From assembly GCA_002104945.1 (NCBI GenBank), contig MCFH01000001.1, forward strand, positions 2,170,001 to 2,234,000: a stretch of DNA of 64,000 bases, in the 5' to 3' direction. Position 1 is the first letter of the stretch. Every line of letters begins with the position of its first letter. Origin of the DNA: Piromyces finnis finn (lineage: Eukaryota > Fungi > Neocallimastigomycota). The notes under the pieces were generated by a model. That model had not been told where the DNA came from. It worked only from the letters and a program-made list of their open reading frames with translations, and ran no database searches. Shown in pieces: positions 15,288 to 31,800 of the stretch. The translations under genes were made by a program, and so were the position numbers.

Positions 15288-15568
15288 TGTCTATATTTCT
15301 TTTATATATTTTAAATTGATTTTGAAATTGATTTTAATTTTGAAAATTGAAAACTGAAAGATATTTGAATCTAAAATATATAAATTACTAAACTAAGGAA
15401 TTGTAAATATAATTAAAAAGAATTATAAATAAATTAATTAATAGTACAGTTTCATGAATTTTATTAAAAGAAAGTTTTATTTTAAATAATTAATTCTTTT
15501 TAATCTTCTTTTTCAATTCCTTTTTTTTTTTTTATTTGAAAACTTTCTTTAATAAGAATAGAGAAAAT

Positions 15569-15607
<39 letters not shown>

Positions 15608-16333
15608 AAACACTCAATATATTATAATTATATTATATTATATTGATTTTAATACATTATTTAATAAATATATAAAATATATAAAAATATTATAAATTTA
15701 TAAATTTTATAAATTTTTCAATTCTATAAAAATGATAGAATTTTTTTAGAATATTAATGGCTAATAATAAATCTTGAATTTTTGCCAATCATAATACTCG
15801 AAATTGTTTATAAAAATTAAAAATATGTATATTGTGGCTTGTATATTGTTATATTTCAATAATTATTATAATTCTTATTAATTTTTTTTTTGCTTTACGG
15901 CTTAATAAATTTTAAATTTTAATAGTAATCTAATGCGCCATAAATACCTTTTTTTTAATTATTTTTAATTTTATTATTAATTAATTTAATACCATAACAA
16001 ATAATCTAACATAAAATATCATTTTCAATTATACTAATGAATACTTTTATAATTTAATTTAATTAAATATATAATTATATTAGAATAATAAAATATAAGG
16101 AAAATCTTTAAATATTCTTTTTTAAAGTCAAAAATATATATATATATATATATTAAAAAAAGTTGATAAAAAAGTAATACATTAAACATTAAAAAGATAT
16201 TTATATAAAACATTATTTAAAATAATAATTGAATAATTATAAAAAATAGATTTTTTTATTAACATTAAAATCTTTTAACAAATAAAATACATATATAATA
16301 AATATAATAAAAAAAAAAAAAAAAAAAAGAAAA

Positions 16334-18813
16334 ATGGAACAATTACACCAAAACTTTATAAGAAAAGCTGGGGAATTTGCTAGTCCACCAATGATAAATC
16401 GTTCTTCGTAAATATAAAATTATAATAAACTATTATACTATTATATAATACATTATACATTATACTCAAAAAAGAAAGATAAAATAGTTACCAAAGTAAA
16501 TTATAAAAATATAAAAAGAATAAAGTATTTGAAATTACTTTTAAAACTACAAGTACATTGAAAAAGTATATATATTAACATTAAATAAAAAAATCAAAGA
16601 TGAATTAACACTTGGATAATGAAAACTATTAACATGATATTTGATAATTTATAATTTATAAAAACTTTAAAACTTTAAAAAAAAAAATATTCATATACAT
16701 AAAATTTTCATACATTTAAAAAGGAATTAATCAAGTATTAATATATTATTTATATTCAATATTTCAATTTCACTTATCATAATATAGATCTAACGTCTTT
16801 GAACCAACTTCACCAGATAAGTTCTTTGATAAGGTTCAAGGATTAAAAATTGAAGGAACTGAAGATATATCCTTTTTTTTAATAATAAATTTTAATTTTT
16901 TTATTATATTTATTTTAATTTTATTTTATTTTATTTTATTGTCAAATGAGTTATTATAACATTGGAAATGATAATAATAAATAAATAAAATAAAATTAAT
17001 TGATAAAGTAATCATTAAATTCATGAAAAGATAGAATAAATAAAATACTGAAAAAAATAAGGAATTTACAATTCATTAAAAATTATAAACTAAATGTATC
17101 ATCCCTAACCTTAATTATTATCTTCATTTATTCAATATTGAATAAATACGTCTTTCAAGTTTATCAAATTAACCCAGAAGAAAAGAAAACTGTTTTTGTT
17201 TTCCATCATGGTGCTGGTCTTTCTGGACTTTCATACGCTTTATTAACTCAATATTTAAGAGAATTCAATAAAAACCAATGTGGAATTTTATGTTATGATT
17301 GCCGTGGACATGGTAAATATTATATTTACAAAAAATATAAAATACAATATTATCAAAATAATTTATTAAGTAATTTATTATAATTTATATTTATGTAAAA
17401 AATGAATTGTTGTTGTATTGTTTATTTTTTAATATTGCCCACCTCCATTATTACACACTAAAATATTTCTATAATGAAAAATAAAAAAAAACGTACATTA
17501 ATAATAAAAACAAAATAATAAATATTTATAAAAATAAAGGTCAAACTCACACTTCTAATGATGAAGATCTTTCTCTTGAAACTCTTAGTCAAGATTTAGT
17601 CAATATTTGTAATGCATTATACCCAGATCCAACAACCGAATTTGTTCTTGTTGGACACAGGTAATATAAACATTATCTATAAATTTAAAATATGTATTTT
17701 TTAATAAAATATAATTTATTTAATTCTAATATAAATTCTAAATTTTATAATAATAGTTTAGGTGGAGCTATTGTTTCAAATGTTGCAGCTAACCAAATGT
17801 TGAAAAAAATTTTTGGTTTAATTGTTATTGATGTTGTAGAAGGTACTGCTTTAGAATCTTTAGTTCATATGCAAAATGTTTTATTAAGTAGACCAACTTC
17901 CTTCAAAAGTGAAAAGGAAGCTATTGAATGGAGGTAAAAAAAAAAAAAAATAAATAAATAAATTATACTATTAAAATATTATTAATTATTTAATAATAAT
18001 ATCAATAATAATTTGTTAAAATATTACTATATTTCATTATAGTATTTTATCTCATACAATTAGAAATGTCGAATCTGCAAGAATTTCTGTTCCATCTCAA
18101 TTAGCAAAAATTGAAGGAAAGACAGGTGTTAAATACATTTGGAGAACCAATCTTTCTGCTTCTGAAAAGTATTGGGAAAGTAATGAGATGAAAACTACTA
18201 TTTTTTGTATTCTGAATATTTTTTTCTAATTTATATAAATAAATATTAATATATTAAATTAAATATTATTTTTATTATGTATAATGTATAATGATAGAAT
18301 GGTACCAAGGATTATCCGAAAAATTCCTTTCTGCTAGAGCTCCAAAATTATTATTCATTGCTAGTAAAGATATTTAAAATATGTTGTGTTAATAAATATT
18401 TAATTTATTTGCTTATTTTACTAAAATAAATCTCTATGTATATATAATTCATCGTGGTAATAATTGTAATTATAATTAGGTCCAGATAGATTAGATAAAC
18501 CATTAACTATTGGTCAAATGCAAGGTAATTATTCATAATCGACGTAGAATTATAATATATATAAAATAAAATAGTTCACCTATACATAAATGTAATTTGT
18601 TTAATTCTAAATTATGTATATATATATACTTAATTAGGTAAATTCCAAATGGAGATTTTCCCAGAATGTGGTCATTTAATGAATGAAGATGCACCAGATA
18701 AGCTTGCCTCTGTTTTAAATGACTTTTATAATCGTAATAAAGTTTTCATTCCAAAAAGATTTAATATTCCATTAAGACCAACCAACAGAGCTACTGCTCC
18801 AACAAGAAATTAA
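16334..18813 (+). CDS. PPE1: Protein phosphatase methylesterase 1 (PME-1), alpha/beta hydrolase, about 9 exons
   Basis: VFVFHHGAGLSGLS, DCRGHG, nucleophile elbow GHSLGG (assembled across an intron), IVIDVVEGTAL, SARISVPSQ, W.GLSEKFL, DRLDKPLTIGQMQGKFQM, CGHLMNEDAPDK. Intron 2 is AT-AC. Confidence 0.94.
16867..17149 (+). other. U12-type (minor spliceosome) AT-AC intron in PME-1
   Basis: 5' end ATATCCTTT at 16867 is the U12 donor consensus. Branch-like ATCCCTAACCTTAAT lies at 17101-17115 and the intron ends in AC at 17148-17149. Removing it gives in-frame GTED|VFQVY; no GT-AG pair preserves this segment. Confidence 0.88.
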
Positions 18814-19532
18814 AAAATTAAAAACTTTATCAATCCAATGTTTTTTATTTTAATATGCAATATACAATATACATATAATACATAAATAATTTAAAAAAAA
18901 AAAATAAAAAAATAAAAAATAATTTTGGTGTCCTTTAATTAATATAATAACGACATGAATATATAACCATAAAAAGAAAAGGGAACTTACATAGTAATAA
19001 ATAATTACGAATAATATATATCTTTTTTTTTTTTTTTTATTTTTTTTTTTTTTGTATACATTATTTCTGTACTAAATTAATTTCAAAAAGTTAAAAATTT
19101 GATAGTTTAAACAGATGTATTATAAATATTATATAATAGTATTTTCTTTTTTTTTTTCATTATTATTAAAACTATATATATTATATATGATTTTATGAAT
19201 AAATATAAATTAATTTATATTTTTATCTTATTTTGATATTGAATTGTTTTTTAATAAATTCATTTTTTATTTATTTTTTATTATTTGTTTATTTATTTGA
19301 GTGCTTTGATATGTTATATTCGTATTTGAATGTTTATATTTAATATTTATATTATTTGTTGAATATTTTTTGTTATATTCAAACATTTTTTTTTTTCTTT
19401 ATTTTTTAATATTATACTTTTATTAATTAAAAAAATATAAAAAAAATAAAATAAAATAAATGCATTGCGTTAATTTAATTGTTTTAATATTAATTAGATT
19501 TAATATTTTATATATTAATTATACTATATTCG

Positions 19533-22034
<2,502 letters not shown>

Positions 22035-25000
22035 TTTTTTATTTATTTTTTATTTTATTTAATTTTTAAATGAAGCTATATTTATAATGATAATTATTAA
22101 AAGTGTGAAATTAGAATTAAAATAGATTTTTTCTAATATGTAAAAACCAAAATAAATAATATTAAGAATTTATTTCTTATTTGATTATTATATTATAAAT
22201 TATTATAGTAATAAAAAAAGGGGGAATAATTTATATATTATCTCGATAAAAAAAAAAAAAAAAAAAAGAAAATTTCATTTTAATGTTAAAAATTTCAAAC
22301 TAATTTATCAATTTGAATTTTTTTAAACTTTTTTTTTAAAGTATATGTTATATACATAAATTGCATTAAATTATTAATAATTTATTATAACTAAATATTT
22401 TATACGTTCAATGCTATTTATTTCAAAAAAAAAGAAGAGAAAAAAACGACAATATTTATTACCATTTATTATTATTGCTAGTAAGGGTATTTAAAAGAAA
22501 TTAATAATCTCAAAATACTTGGGATTTTAAAAATATAAAATTGTTTTTTTTTAAGTATATACACTGAAAAAATTTACTGAAAATTTTACAAATCTCCGTC
22601 ATATATAAAATTAATAAAGATTATTAAATATTTATAAACTTACTTTAATAATTCTTATGATAATATTCTTTATTATTACTGTTTCTTGATTTTAATATTC
22701 TGTTGAACATTAACTAATCAATTTCTACTTTTTTAAATTTTGATAAATTTAATTGATTTTAAATAAAAAATTAAAATTTAATTTGAATTTCAAATTAATT
22801 ATTGATTTAAAGATATATTTATTAACCTTGGTTTTTTTATATAATATTTACATAAAATAAAAATAATGTGTTGATATTATTTATATATTATTTATACAAC
22901 ATATAAATTATTACTTTTCATTTAAAAATACTATGATAATAATGAAAAGAATAAGTTGAAAAAAAAAAATTCTTTTAATATTTTTATCATTGAAAAAAAA
23001 ATTTTTTTTTTTAGATATACATTTTAATTTTATAAAAAAATTTTTTTTTGAATAAATAAATTTTAATGATATAAAGTTTAAAAAAAGTAATTTAAGATTA
23101 CCACAATTTTTGTGTTAAAAAAATAAATTAAAAAAAATGAAAAAGATAAATAATAAAATATGAAAAAAAAAAAAAAAGATTAGTAATAATAAATATATAT
23201 TATTTATTTCAATTGGAATTTCTAAATTTTTTTTTTGTAATGCAATAAAATTATGTAGAGTTAATAATAGAAAAATTAGTATTTATATCATACTTTTTAT
23301 TCTATTTAAAACTAGGAATTATAACAGTAAAATTAAAATTTATTGAAGCTCATCGAAGTTTCTAACTATTAAATTTTTAACATCCTATTCTAACCTTTTA
23401 AGTTATTTTAATATTGTTCCAATATAAACAAATAATATTATAATTTATTATCCTTATTTTTTGTATATATATTACACCAATTAATATATTTTAATATATT
23501 AATAATATAACCTATTATAAGAACACTTAGTTTTAATTTATAGTAATAATAATATCAAGAGGTTCCCTTTCTTATTGCATTTAAATGTATATTATTAAAA
23601 ATTAAACAAAAATATAATAATAATAATAAGGATTACAAATTATGAAAATACATAATATGATGGTTATACCAATATTAATTAAATAATTTTCCATCTTTTT
23701 ACTTTGCTATATTATAAAATATAAAGAATATTGATAACCTTAAGGATATATATTGGGTATGATAAATTGAAGTTTTAAACCATATAAAAGTATAAAAGAT
23801 GCTGTATAGCTTTTAATTAATTATTAAAATTCAGAAATATGGAATTGTCGAATGTGGCTTGATTGTGTTGATTTCTCACATGTTGAACAATAAAATCTAT
23901 TTGTTCTTCCTTACATATATAATTTGAAATATAAAATAAAATTTTAATTTATAATATTCAAGATAAAAATTAATATGGTACATTATAAATATAGTAATCC
24001 ATTTGTATAGTTGTATAATAAATCTAAATATGTTTTTCTATTTAGATTTATTATTTATGATTGCCAATAAAAAAAATAGATATTAATTTAAAAAAAAAAT
24101 ATTAAATTGAAGAGGTCGTCTACAACTCTAAAATGTTTTTTCATAGAATATTGACTTAAGTGTATATATTAATTATGTTATTAGTTTGCTTAATTTATTA
24201 ATATAATAATAAAGTATCAATAATACAATTGTTACATTAATACGATGTTATTTATTATCATTAAATAGTATTATTATTTTATATATTAAATAATGTATAT
24301 ATATATATATACATATGCAAGTAATTTCCTAATAATTATTCTAAAAAAAAAAGAAAGAAATATAGTGTTTATAATGATAATTAATTGATCTTTTTGAAAT
24401 TCCTTTATATTCACATACTCATATATAATATTATATAATATCATAATATATTATTTTAACTTGCTTTTGTTTTTGTTTTTTTTGTTTTTGATCATGTATC
24501 AATCATTTTCCTTTCTTAAATTTATGGGATGCTTTAACATTAATATATTATTATATTATTATAATATATTATTTGTATTTAGTAATTTTTTTAAAATATT
24601 TTTTATACCGAAATATCAAATAATATAATATTAATTTTTATCATGTGTATATGTTTGGGAATTCTCTTTTTAATTCTAGTAAATAAAAAATTGGTTTATA
24701 TTTTTTATCATTATTATTTAAAGAAATTAAAATAACTTAAATAATTTAAATATCTCCTTATTAATAGAATAATTATAACATAATTACTATATATATTTAA
24801 AATTAAAGAAAATAAGTAATATGTTTTTTTTTATTAGGCATTATATAGCTAATAGGATTATAAATGATAGTTAAACTATTTATTTTTGCTAATTTTTTTT
24901 AATAAAAGGGTTTAATTTTGAGTTTTAAGTGGCAATTATATCCTATTATCCTACATTTCACCACGAAAAAAAATTATTTTCATTCTGTTAATCATTTATA

Positions 25001-25479
25001 ATCTTAATATATGATATAATATATTATTATATAAATAATACAATATTTTTATTTAATAAAAAGATTTTCTTACAAACCTTAAATTGATTAAATTAACCAA
25101 AAAAGTAAATAAGCAAATGCATAAATAATAAAATAAATAAATTATTTAATTATAAATAAATGTATAAATAAATAAACGTTTAAATAAAATTAATAAAGTA
25201 AAAAAAAGATTACATTTTTATGTTTTTCATAATATATTAAATTTATTTGTTTATATATTTAGATGTTAAGTATTAATTCATAAATTTATATTATGAGTAA
25301 TTTAAAAAATTTTTCCGTATATAAAATGTGAAGAAATATTCATTATTTATAATTTTTTTAATAAAAAAAAAACAAAAATAAAGAAAATATATATTAATAA
25401 TACTTATTTATTAATATTAATAATTATTGTAAAAAGAAATAATATTATTTATTTTTTTTTTTGAAAAGTAATAATTAAA

Positions 25480-27356
25480 ATGACTGACAACCATAATTTA
25501 AACGAAGTTTTAAGAGAATCTCACAAGCCAGCTTTAATTTTACCATACAGAGATGCTAATACTCAAAAAGCTGACCCAATTTACTTATACAGTACTGAAT
25601 TAATTGAAATTATTGATAAGCTTACTCAAGAAGCTCCATTAAAAAATTTAAAACCAAACGATAGAGTTGTTTTCCTTTTCCCAAACTCTGTTGAATTCAT
25701 TGCTGTTTTCTTTGCTATTTTAAAGGTTCAAGCTACTGCTTGTCCATTAAACCAAAATTACACAGTTGATGAACTTGACTTCTACTTAAATGATCTTTTA
25801 CCAAAAGCCGTTATAATCCCAAAAGGTGGCTCTCCAGCTTCTCGTGAAGCATGTAATAAATTAGGTATTCCACTTTATGAAATTGAAACTAAGTTTGTTG
25901 AAAAGGATGATATTGGTAGAATTCCAATGTTAACTTCTCATCCAGTTGAATTAGAAAATAAAACATTAGCTTCTTGGATTGCTGAAGATGCTCCAATTGC
26001 TTCTGAAAAGAATATTGCATTATTTTTACACACTTCTGGTACTACTGGAAGACCAAAAGGTAAATATAAAAATTTTATTTTTTTTTAAACATAAATAATT
26101 AAAATATAGTTAGTGAAAATAAATAGTTTTAAAAAAGTCATATTTCTTCTTATGAAATTGATAATGCATAACAAAATATAGATATATAATAAATAAAGAT
26201 AATAATTAATTGGAGTAATAGTTTATAAAAGCAAATAAATATAAATTTTTATATATTTTTTCTTTTTAAAAGTAAAGTTAATAACTAAAACATATTATAA
26301 TAAATAGGTGTTCCATTAACCCACCACAATATCTTTGTTACTTTAAAGAACATTAAGGATTCTTTCCAATTAACTGAAAAGGATACTTACCTTTTAGTTA
26401 TGCCACTCTTCCACGTACACGGTTTAATTGGTGTTCTTTTAACCACACTCTATGCTGGTGGTACAGTTGTTGTCCCACCAAAGTTCTCTGCCACTACTTT
26501 CTGGATGGATTTCGTTGAATTCGAAGCAACTTGTTATTCTGCTGTTCCAACTATTCATCAAATCTTATTATTAAAGAAGGAAGAAAACTACCCAGGAAAG
26601 GATAAGACTAGCAAATTAAGATTTATCAGAAGTTGCAGTTCAAGTTTAGCCCCAGCTACTCTTAAAGAATTAGAAGAATCTTTCAATGCTCCAGTTATTG
26701 AATCTTATGCTATGTCTGAAGCTGCTCATCAAATGACTTGTAACTTCTTACCACCAGGTATTCGTAAGGCTGGTTCTGTAGGTAAGGGAAGAGGTGTTGC
26801 TGTTGTTATTATGGATGATAATGGTAAGATCGTTGATAATGGTACTGTTGGTGAAGTTTGTGTTGCTGGTGAAAATGTTATTACTGAATATTACAATAAC
26901 CCAACTGCTACTGCTAACTCCTTCTGGGATGATCCAACTGGTACTTTACCAAATGGTATAAGATGGTTCAGAACTGGTGATTTAGGTTACAAAGATCCAG
27001 ATGAATTCATTTTCTTAACTGGTAGAATTAAGGAACAAATTAACCGTGGTGGTGAAAAAATTTCTCCAATTGAAATTGATCAATACATTCTTCAATTGGA
27101 TAATGTTGCTGAAGTATGTACTTTCCCAGTAAGTAGTGAAATTTATGGTCAAGAAATCGAATGTGCTGTTGTTGCTAAAGACGAATCTTTAACTGAACAA
27201 CAATTAACTGAACATTGTAAGGCTAAGTTAGCTTCCTTTAAGGTTCCAAAAAGATTCTGGATTGTTGAACAAATTCCAAAGACTGCTACTGGTAAGGTTC
27301 AACGTAGAATTGTTACTCAATACTTTGAAGAATTAGCTAAAAAAGAAGCTAAGTAA
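25480..27356 (+). CDS. PCS60: Oxalate--CoA ligase-like acyl-activating enzyme (AAE3/PCS60 family), 2 exons (intron 26060-26307)
   Basis: ALFLHTSGTTGRPK|GVPLTH, MPLFHVHGL, FSATTFW, SAVPTIHQI, LRFIRSCSSSLAP, ESYAMSEAAHQM, GSVGK, WFRTGDLG, GRIKEQINRGGEKISPIEID, FKVPKR, PKTATGKVQRRIV. These match the AAE3/PCS60 subfamily motifs as recalled. Confidence 0.85.
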
Positions 27357-27914
27357 ATTTATTAATGCATAGCATTCAGTTCAATTAATCATTAAACCAA
27401 TGATAAAAAAATGCATTATTAAATCTTACAGCAATTATTATTTATTAAATATATATATATATTAAAATTGAAAAATAAAAACTTTATATATTTTTTAAAA
27501 AACAATTTTAAAAAGAAACATAACCATATTATATCATTTGTAAAATAAAAAAAAATGTAACTATATAAATTATAAATTATATTCAAAAAAAAAAAAAAAA
27601 AAAAAACCTAATAGCAAATAAATAAATAAAAAAATAAAATAAAAATCTTTAAATGAAAGGTTGTTGTTTTTTTAAAATAAGAGTAAATGAAAATTTAAAG
27701 TTTATCCTTCAAAATTTATGTTTTAGATAATTTTATAATTAAAATTCCTTATTTTTTTATAATTAATATTAATATATTACCAAAATAAAATGTTAAACCA
27801 ACTAAAATCTTTATTTAATATATTAGTTTTTTATATTATTTGAAAATAAAAAAAAAAATTAATTTATTAAGAAAAAAAATTAAATTTTTTTTCTTTACTA
27901 TTTTATTTTTGCAA

Positions 27915-28206
27915 CCCTCTCGGGAACGTGCCTTCATTTATTTAATAAATGTAGTTTCTCAAGGGGGTCTACTCATGCTCATGGTACTGAGAGAGTAGAA
28001 AGAATCAAATCCAAGTATTGCGCAATGGATGCTTGGTGCCCTCTTGGGAACGTGCCTTCATTTATTTAATAAATGGAATTTCTCAAGGGGATCTACACAT
28101 GCTCATGGTACTGAGAGAGTAGAAAGAATTAAATCCAAGTATTGCGCAATGGATGCTTGGTTAGTCTTTAAGGGAAAATTATTAGGACTAAGCTCATGGT
28201 ACTGAG
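27915..28206 (+). repeat. Tandem ~124-bp 5' monomers of the LINE (two copies plus a 15-bp remnant)
   Basis: Copy 1 is at 27915-28038 and copy 2 at 28039-28161, with few substitutions. GCTCATGGTACTGAG recurs at 28192-28206. Confidence 0.92.
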
Positions 28207-28805
28207 CGATTAAAAAACATTTTATTCATCGAATTTAAGTATTTGATGAATAAGTTGAATGTTTGATATTCAGGTAAGTTTGTATAGTATTTAATTAGAA
28301 GAGTAATACATTTTGTTGCTGTATTTTTTCTTTTATTCATGTATTCATGTAGTACTACTCTTCTCTTGTAAGAATCCAATGTAGTCAACTTTAGCATTTG
28401 CATTGTATTTTTATATTCATGTAGCTATTGTTGTATTGTTTCTTGTAAGAGACTGATTCACTCTACATCATGTAAAAATACTATTCACAAGCTTTCTGGT
28501 GTCGACATTCTTGATTCAAATTTTTTACCAATTTAAATATTTAATGAAAAGTAAAGTCAAACAAGTTTAGTGTCAAAAAGCGAATCGAATTTACTAACAA
28601 CAAACCAAAACTAGAATTTTTAAAGAAAATTTACAACTAGAATTCAAAAAATAAGAAACTTTAAACAAAGCATCGTAACAATTTTTGTACTATCCAGTAC
28701 TTTTAAGAAGAGAGAGAGAGACAGATTTTTTCCATATACGTTATATTTATAATTTTTATTAGTATTTATTTTATATTCAATATTTTTTAATTAGAATTTA
28801 TTATC

Positions 28806-31800
28806 ATGTCAGTCCTTTATATTAAAGATAAGAATTATATCAGACGTGGTACCCGGTCTTATGGTATCCCCTTAGATGATATTCGCTCCTTCTTTATCCG
28901 TGGTATTCGATCATGGTCAGTAAATATGCTATGGGAAAAACTCGAGGTTATTCTAGAAGATAAATTTAATTCAGTTATTAGTGTTAAATATTTTCAGACT
29001 TTCAATGATCACTTTTTCTTAGTCAAGGTTCATGGTTCATCGAAAGATTGTATTAAAATCTTACACATGTTAAAGAAGAAACTTTCAGTTACCTCAATTT
29101 CCTTTTCAGCTCGTAGTAGAAGGAATCACAAATACACTTTTTCCACACTCAAACGTAAAATTTTAGTTTCTAATAAACATCAACATTCTATTCAACAATC
29201 ATTTCAACAATCAGTTCAACAATCTCATCAACAATCCGATCTTCAACAAGATCTTCAACAAGATCTTCAACAAGTTTCCCATCATGAAAATATTCCAGAT
29301 CTACAGCAAACACAATTTCAATCTCAACATTCAACAATTAATTCTAATAGTTCTATCAACTCTGATAACAGTTCAATAGTTGATAGTTCTTCAGTTTCAC
29401 AGCCATCTAGTAATAGTTCTACTTATTCCTCTGATGCATCATCCATTAATAACGATGACTTTAATAATAATAATAATAGCAACGATTCTTCCTCATCCAA
29501 CAAGCCTGATAACTTTTCTTTTTGTCTTAGTTGGAACACCAATGGGTGGAATCACGAAAAGAGAGATAGTATTAGCTATTTCACAGCTATTTTCAAACCA
29601 TTATTTTTATGTTTCCAAGAAACTGGTAATGGTTCTGGATCGAATACAGATTATCCTTGTCGTGTTACTTTGCGAAACTATAGACACTTTTTCAAGAAAG
29701 CTGATGAATCAGTTCCTGGAATGAGAGGTTTATATTTAGGTTTTCACAATTCGTGTCAAGCCTCACTTGAAAACTTCTCTGGAAAGTATATTATTTCTAT
29801 TTATACTTTTAGTCTCTGGAATAGATTCAAATGCTCGATTGGTAATGTTTATATGCCTCATAGTCATCACAACATCTATGTTGATCATGCAAAGTTAGAA
29901 GTTCGCTTGTGGTTACAAACTCATTCATCCCATCCATCGATTCTTGTTGGTGATTTTAATATGTCTAAAGTAAAATTATCCAACTGGTTATCAACTAATG
30001 GATTAGGAGATTGGGAAATTCTTCCGCTTAGAGGGTCGGCTATCTCTTGGACTCGAGGTGATCAATCTTCCGACATTGACCATGCTCTTATCAATTCGAA
30101 GATGAAAGATCTTATTCACTCAGGATCATTTATAAATAATTTTTATCCTGTATCAGACCATAAGCCACTTCTTATTAATGGTAAAATTATTCCTATGGAA
30201 GATTTTTCTAATGACTTTAATGTTCCTAAGAAAATTCTGAAATGGAATAGATTAAAATGTATTGAGGAAAAGGAATCTATTCTCAGTCATAATAAATTCC
30301 AAATACTTTCAGCAAAATCCAACGATCCTAATGTTTCTACAGATGAACTTTCCAAAGAGTTTACTTCAACTGCTTTTTCAATTGCAGACGAGCTCAGTAT
30401 TACTTCAGCAAATAATGTTATAAAGTCTTCATTTCATATTTCACAACAAATTTTTAATCTTCAAAAAATCAAAATGAAGTTGTATAAGAAATTTAAAAAA
30501 GAAAGAATTTATGATATAGATGAATTTATTAAAAGAATTAAAATCTACCATAAGCTCATTGATTACATCCACAAAAGATGTAATGAATTTAGGAAACAAG
30601 AATATCTTCATTGGATTAAAACAGGATGTGAGTATATGAAGAGTCATAATCCTAAGAAGGCCTGGAAATGGATCAAGAAAACTACAAAAATTGGAAAAGA
30701 TTCTTTCTTTATTGCTCAACCAATTAAAAATAAAAATGGAGAATTAGTTGTTGCTACGGAAGAACAACTAGAAGTGTGGCATGATCATTTCGAAAACCTT
30801 GCATCAGATCCAAGTGGTATAAGTCTTGATTTGGAGCATTGGTATGAAGAACCAACGAATAAACGTTTTTCACTTCCTATGCTTGATGAGTGGGATATCA
30901 ACCAAGATATTAGTATTGATGAAGTCAAGTCAGCTATCCTCTCTACTCCAAATTATAAAGCATCAGGTCCGGATGGTATTCCAATTGAATTTTACAAAGC
31001 ATTAATTCCATCAAGTAATGATTCTAATAATGCTACAGATAATAATTCTTCTGGTAATACCACTTCAGATAATGATGCTCATGGTTTAAATTTTATTCTT
31101 AAATTATTCAACCGTATTTGGGATGGAGACTTCCCCAACTCATGGAATGAATCCAGTATTGTTTCTATTCCTAAGAAGGGAGATTTGACAGATTGTGATA
31201 ACTATCGAGGTATATCACTTATCAATAATGGTATTAAGTTGATTTCAAAAATTGTCACCACTAGAATCTCAGAATATGGTTTAAAGAATAATTTCATTAG
31301 ACCTGAACAATTTGGTTTTCGAAAAAAGGAAGAAAGTATCAGTCTTTTCATCTCAATCCAAGAAATATGCCGTAGACGTCAATTAGATAATAAAGAGACA
31401 TATTTGGCCTTTTTAGATCTCAGGAAAGCATACGATTCAGTCCCAATCGGTAATATTCTCCATAAATTAGATTGTTTAGGAATCCGAGGTAAGAGTTTAC
31501 AATTCATCAAAAATTTATATTTAACATCTAAGGCTAATGTCAAATTAGATGGACAATTCTCGAAATCTTTTGATGTGAAGAAAGGAGTCCGTCAAGGTTG
31601 CCCTCTTTCTCCTATTCTCTTTAATCTCTTTATTAATGATATATTTAGAGAGTGCGAAGATCTAGAAGTCAGTTTAGGTGACACTCGATGCTGTGGTGGA
31701 CTTTTTTGCAGATGATATAGTTATTTGTGCTCCAACAAGAGGATGCTTAAAAAAGATGCTTAGAAGAGTTAATGAATGGGCCTTGTATAATGAAATGGAA

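Noticed and set aside
23818-23910. Possible minus-strand exon (EEQIDFIVQHVRNQHNQATFDNSIF) preceded by an AG
   Set aside because: No compatible upstream exon or start codon was found.
27915-28206. CRISPR array or canonical hammerhead ribozyme in the tandem repeats
   Set aside because: The units are contiguous with no unique spacers, there are no cas genes, and the context is eukaryotic. CTGAGAG does not fit the CUGANGA core, and there is no room for stem II before GAAA.
28194-28403. Antisense 69-aa ORF in the LINE 5' leader as an ORF0/ORF1 equivalent
   Set aside because: Short, with no motif; can arise by chance. It would need conservation across copies.
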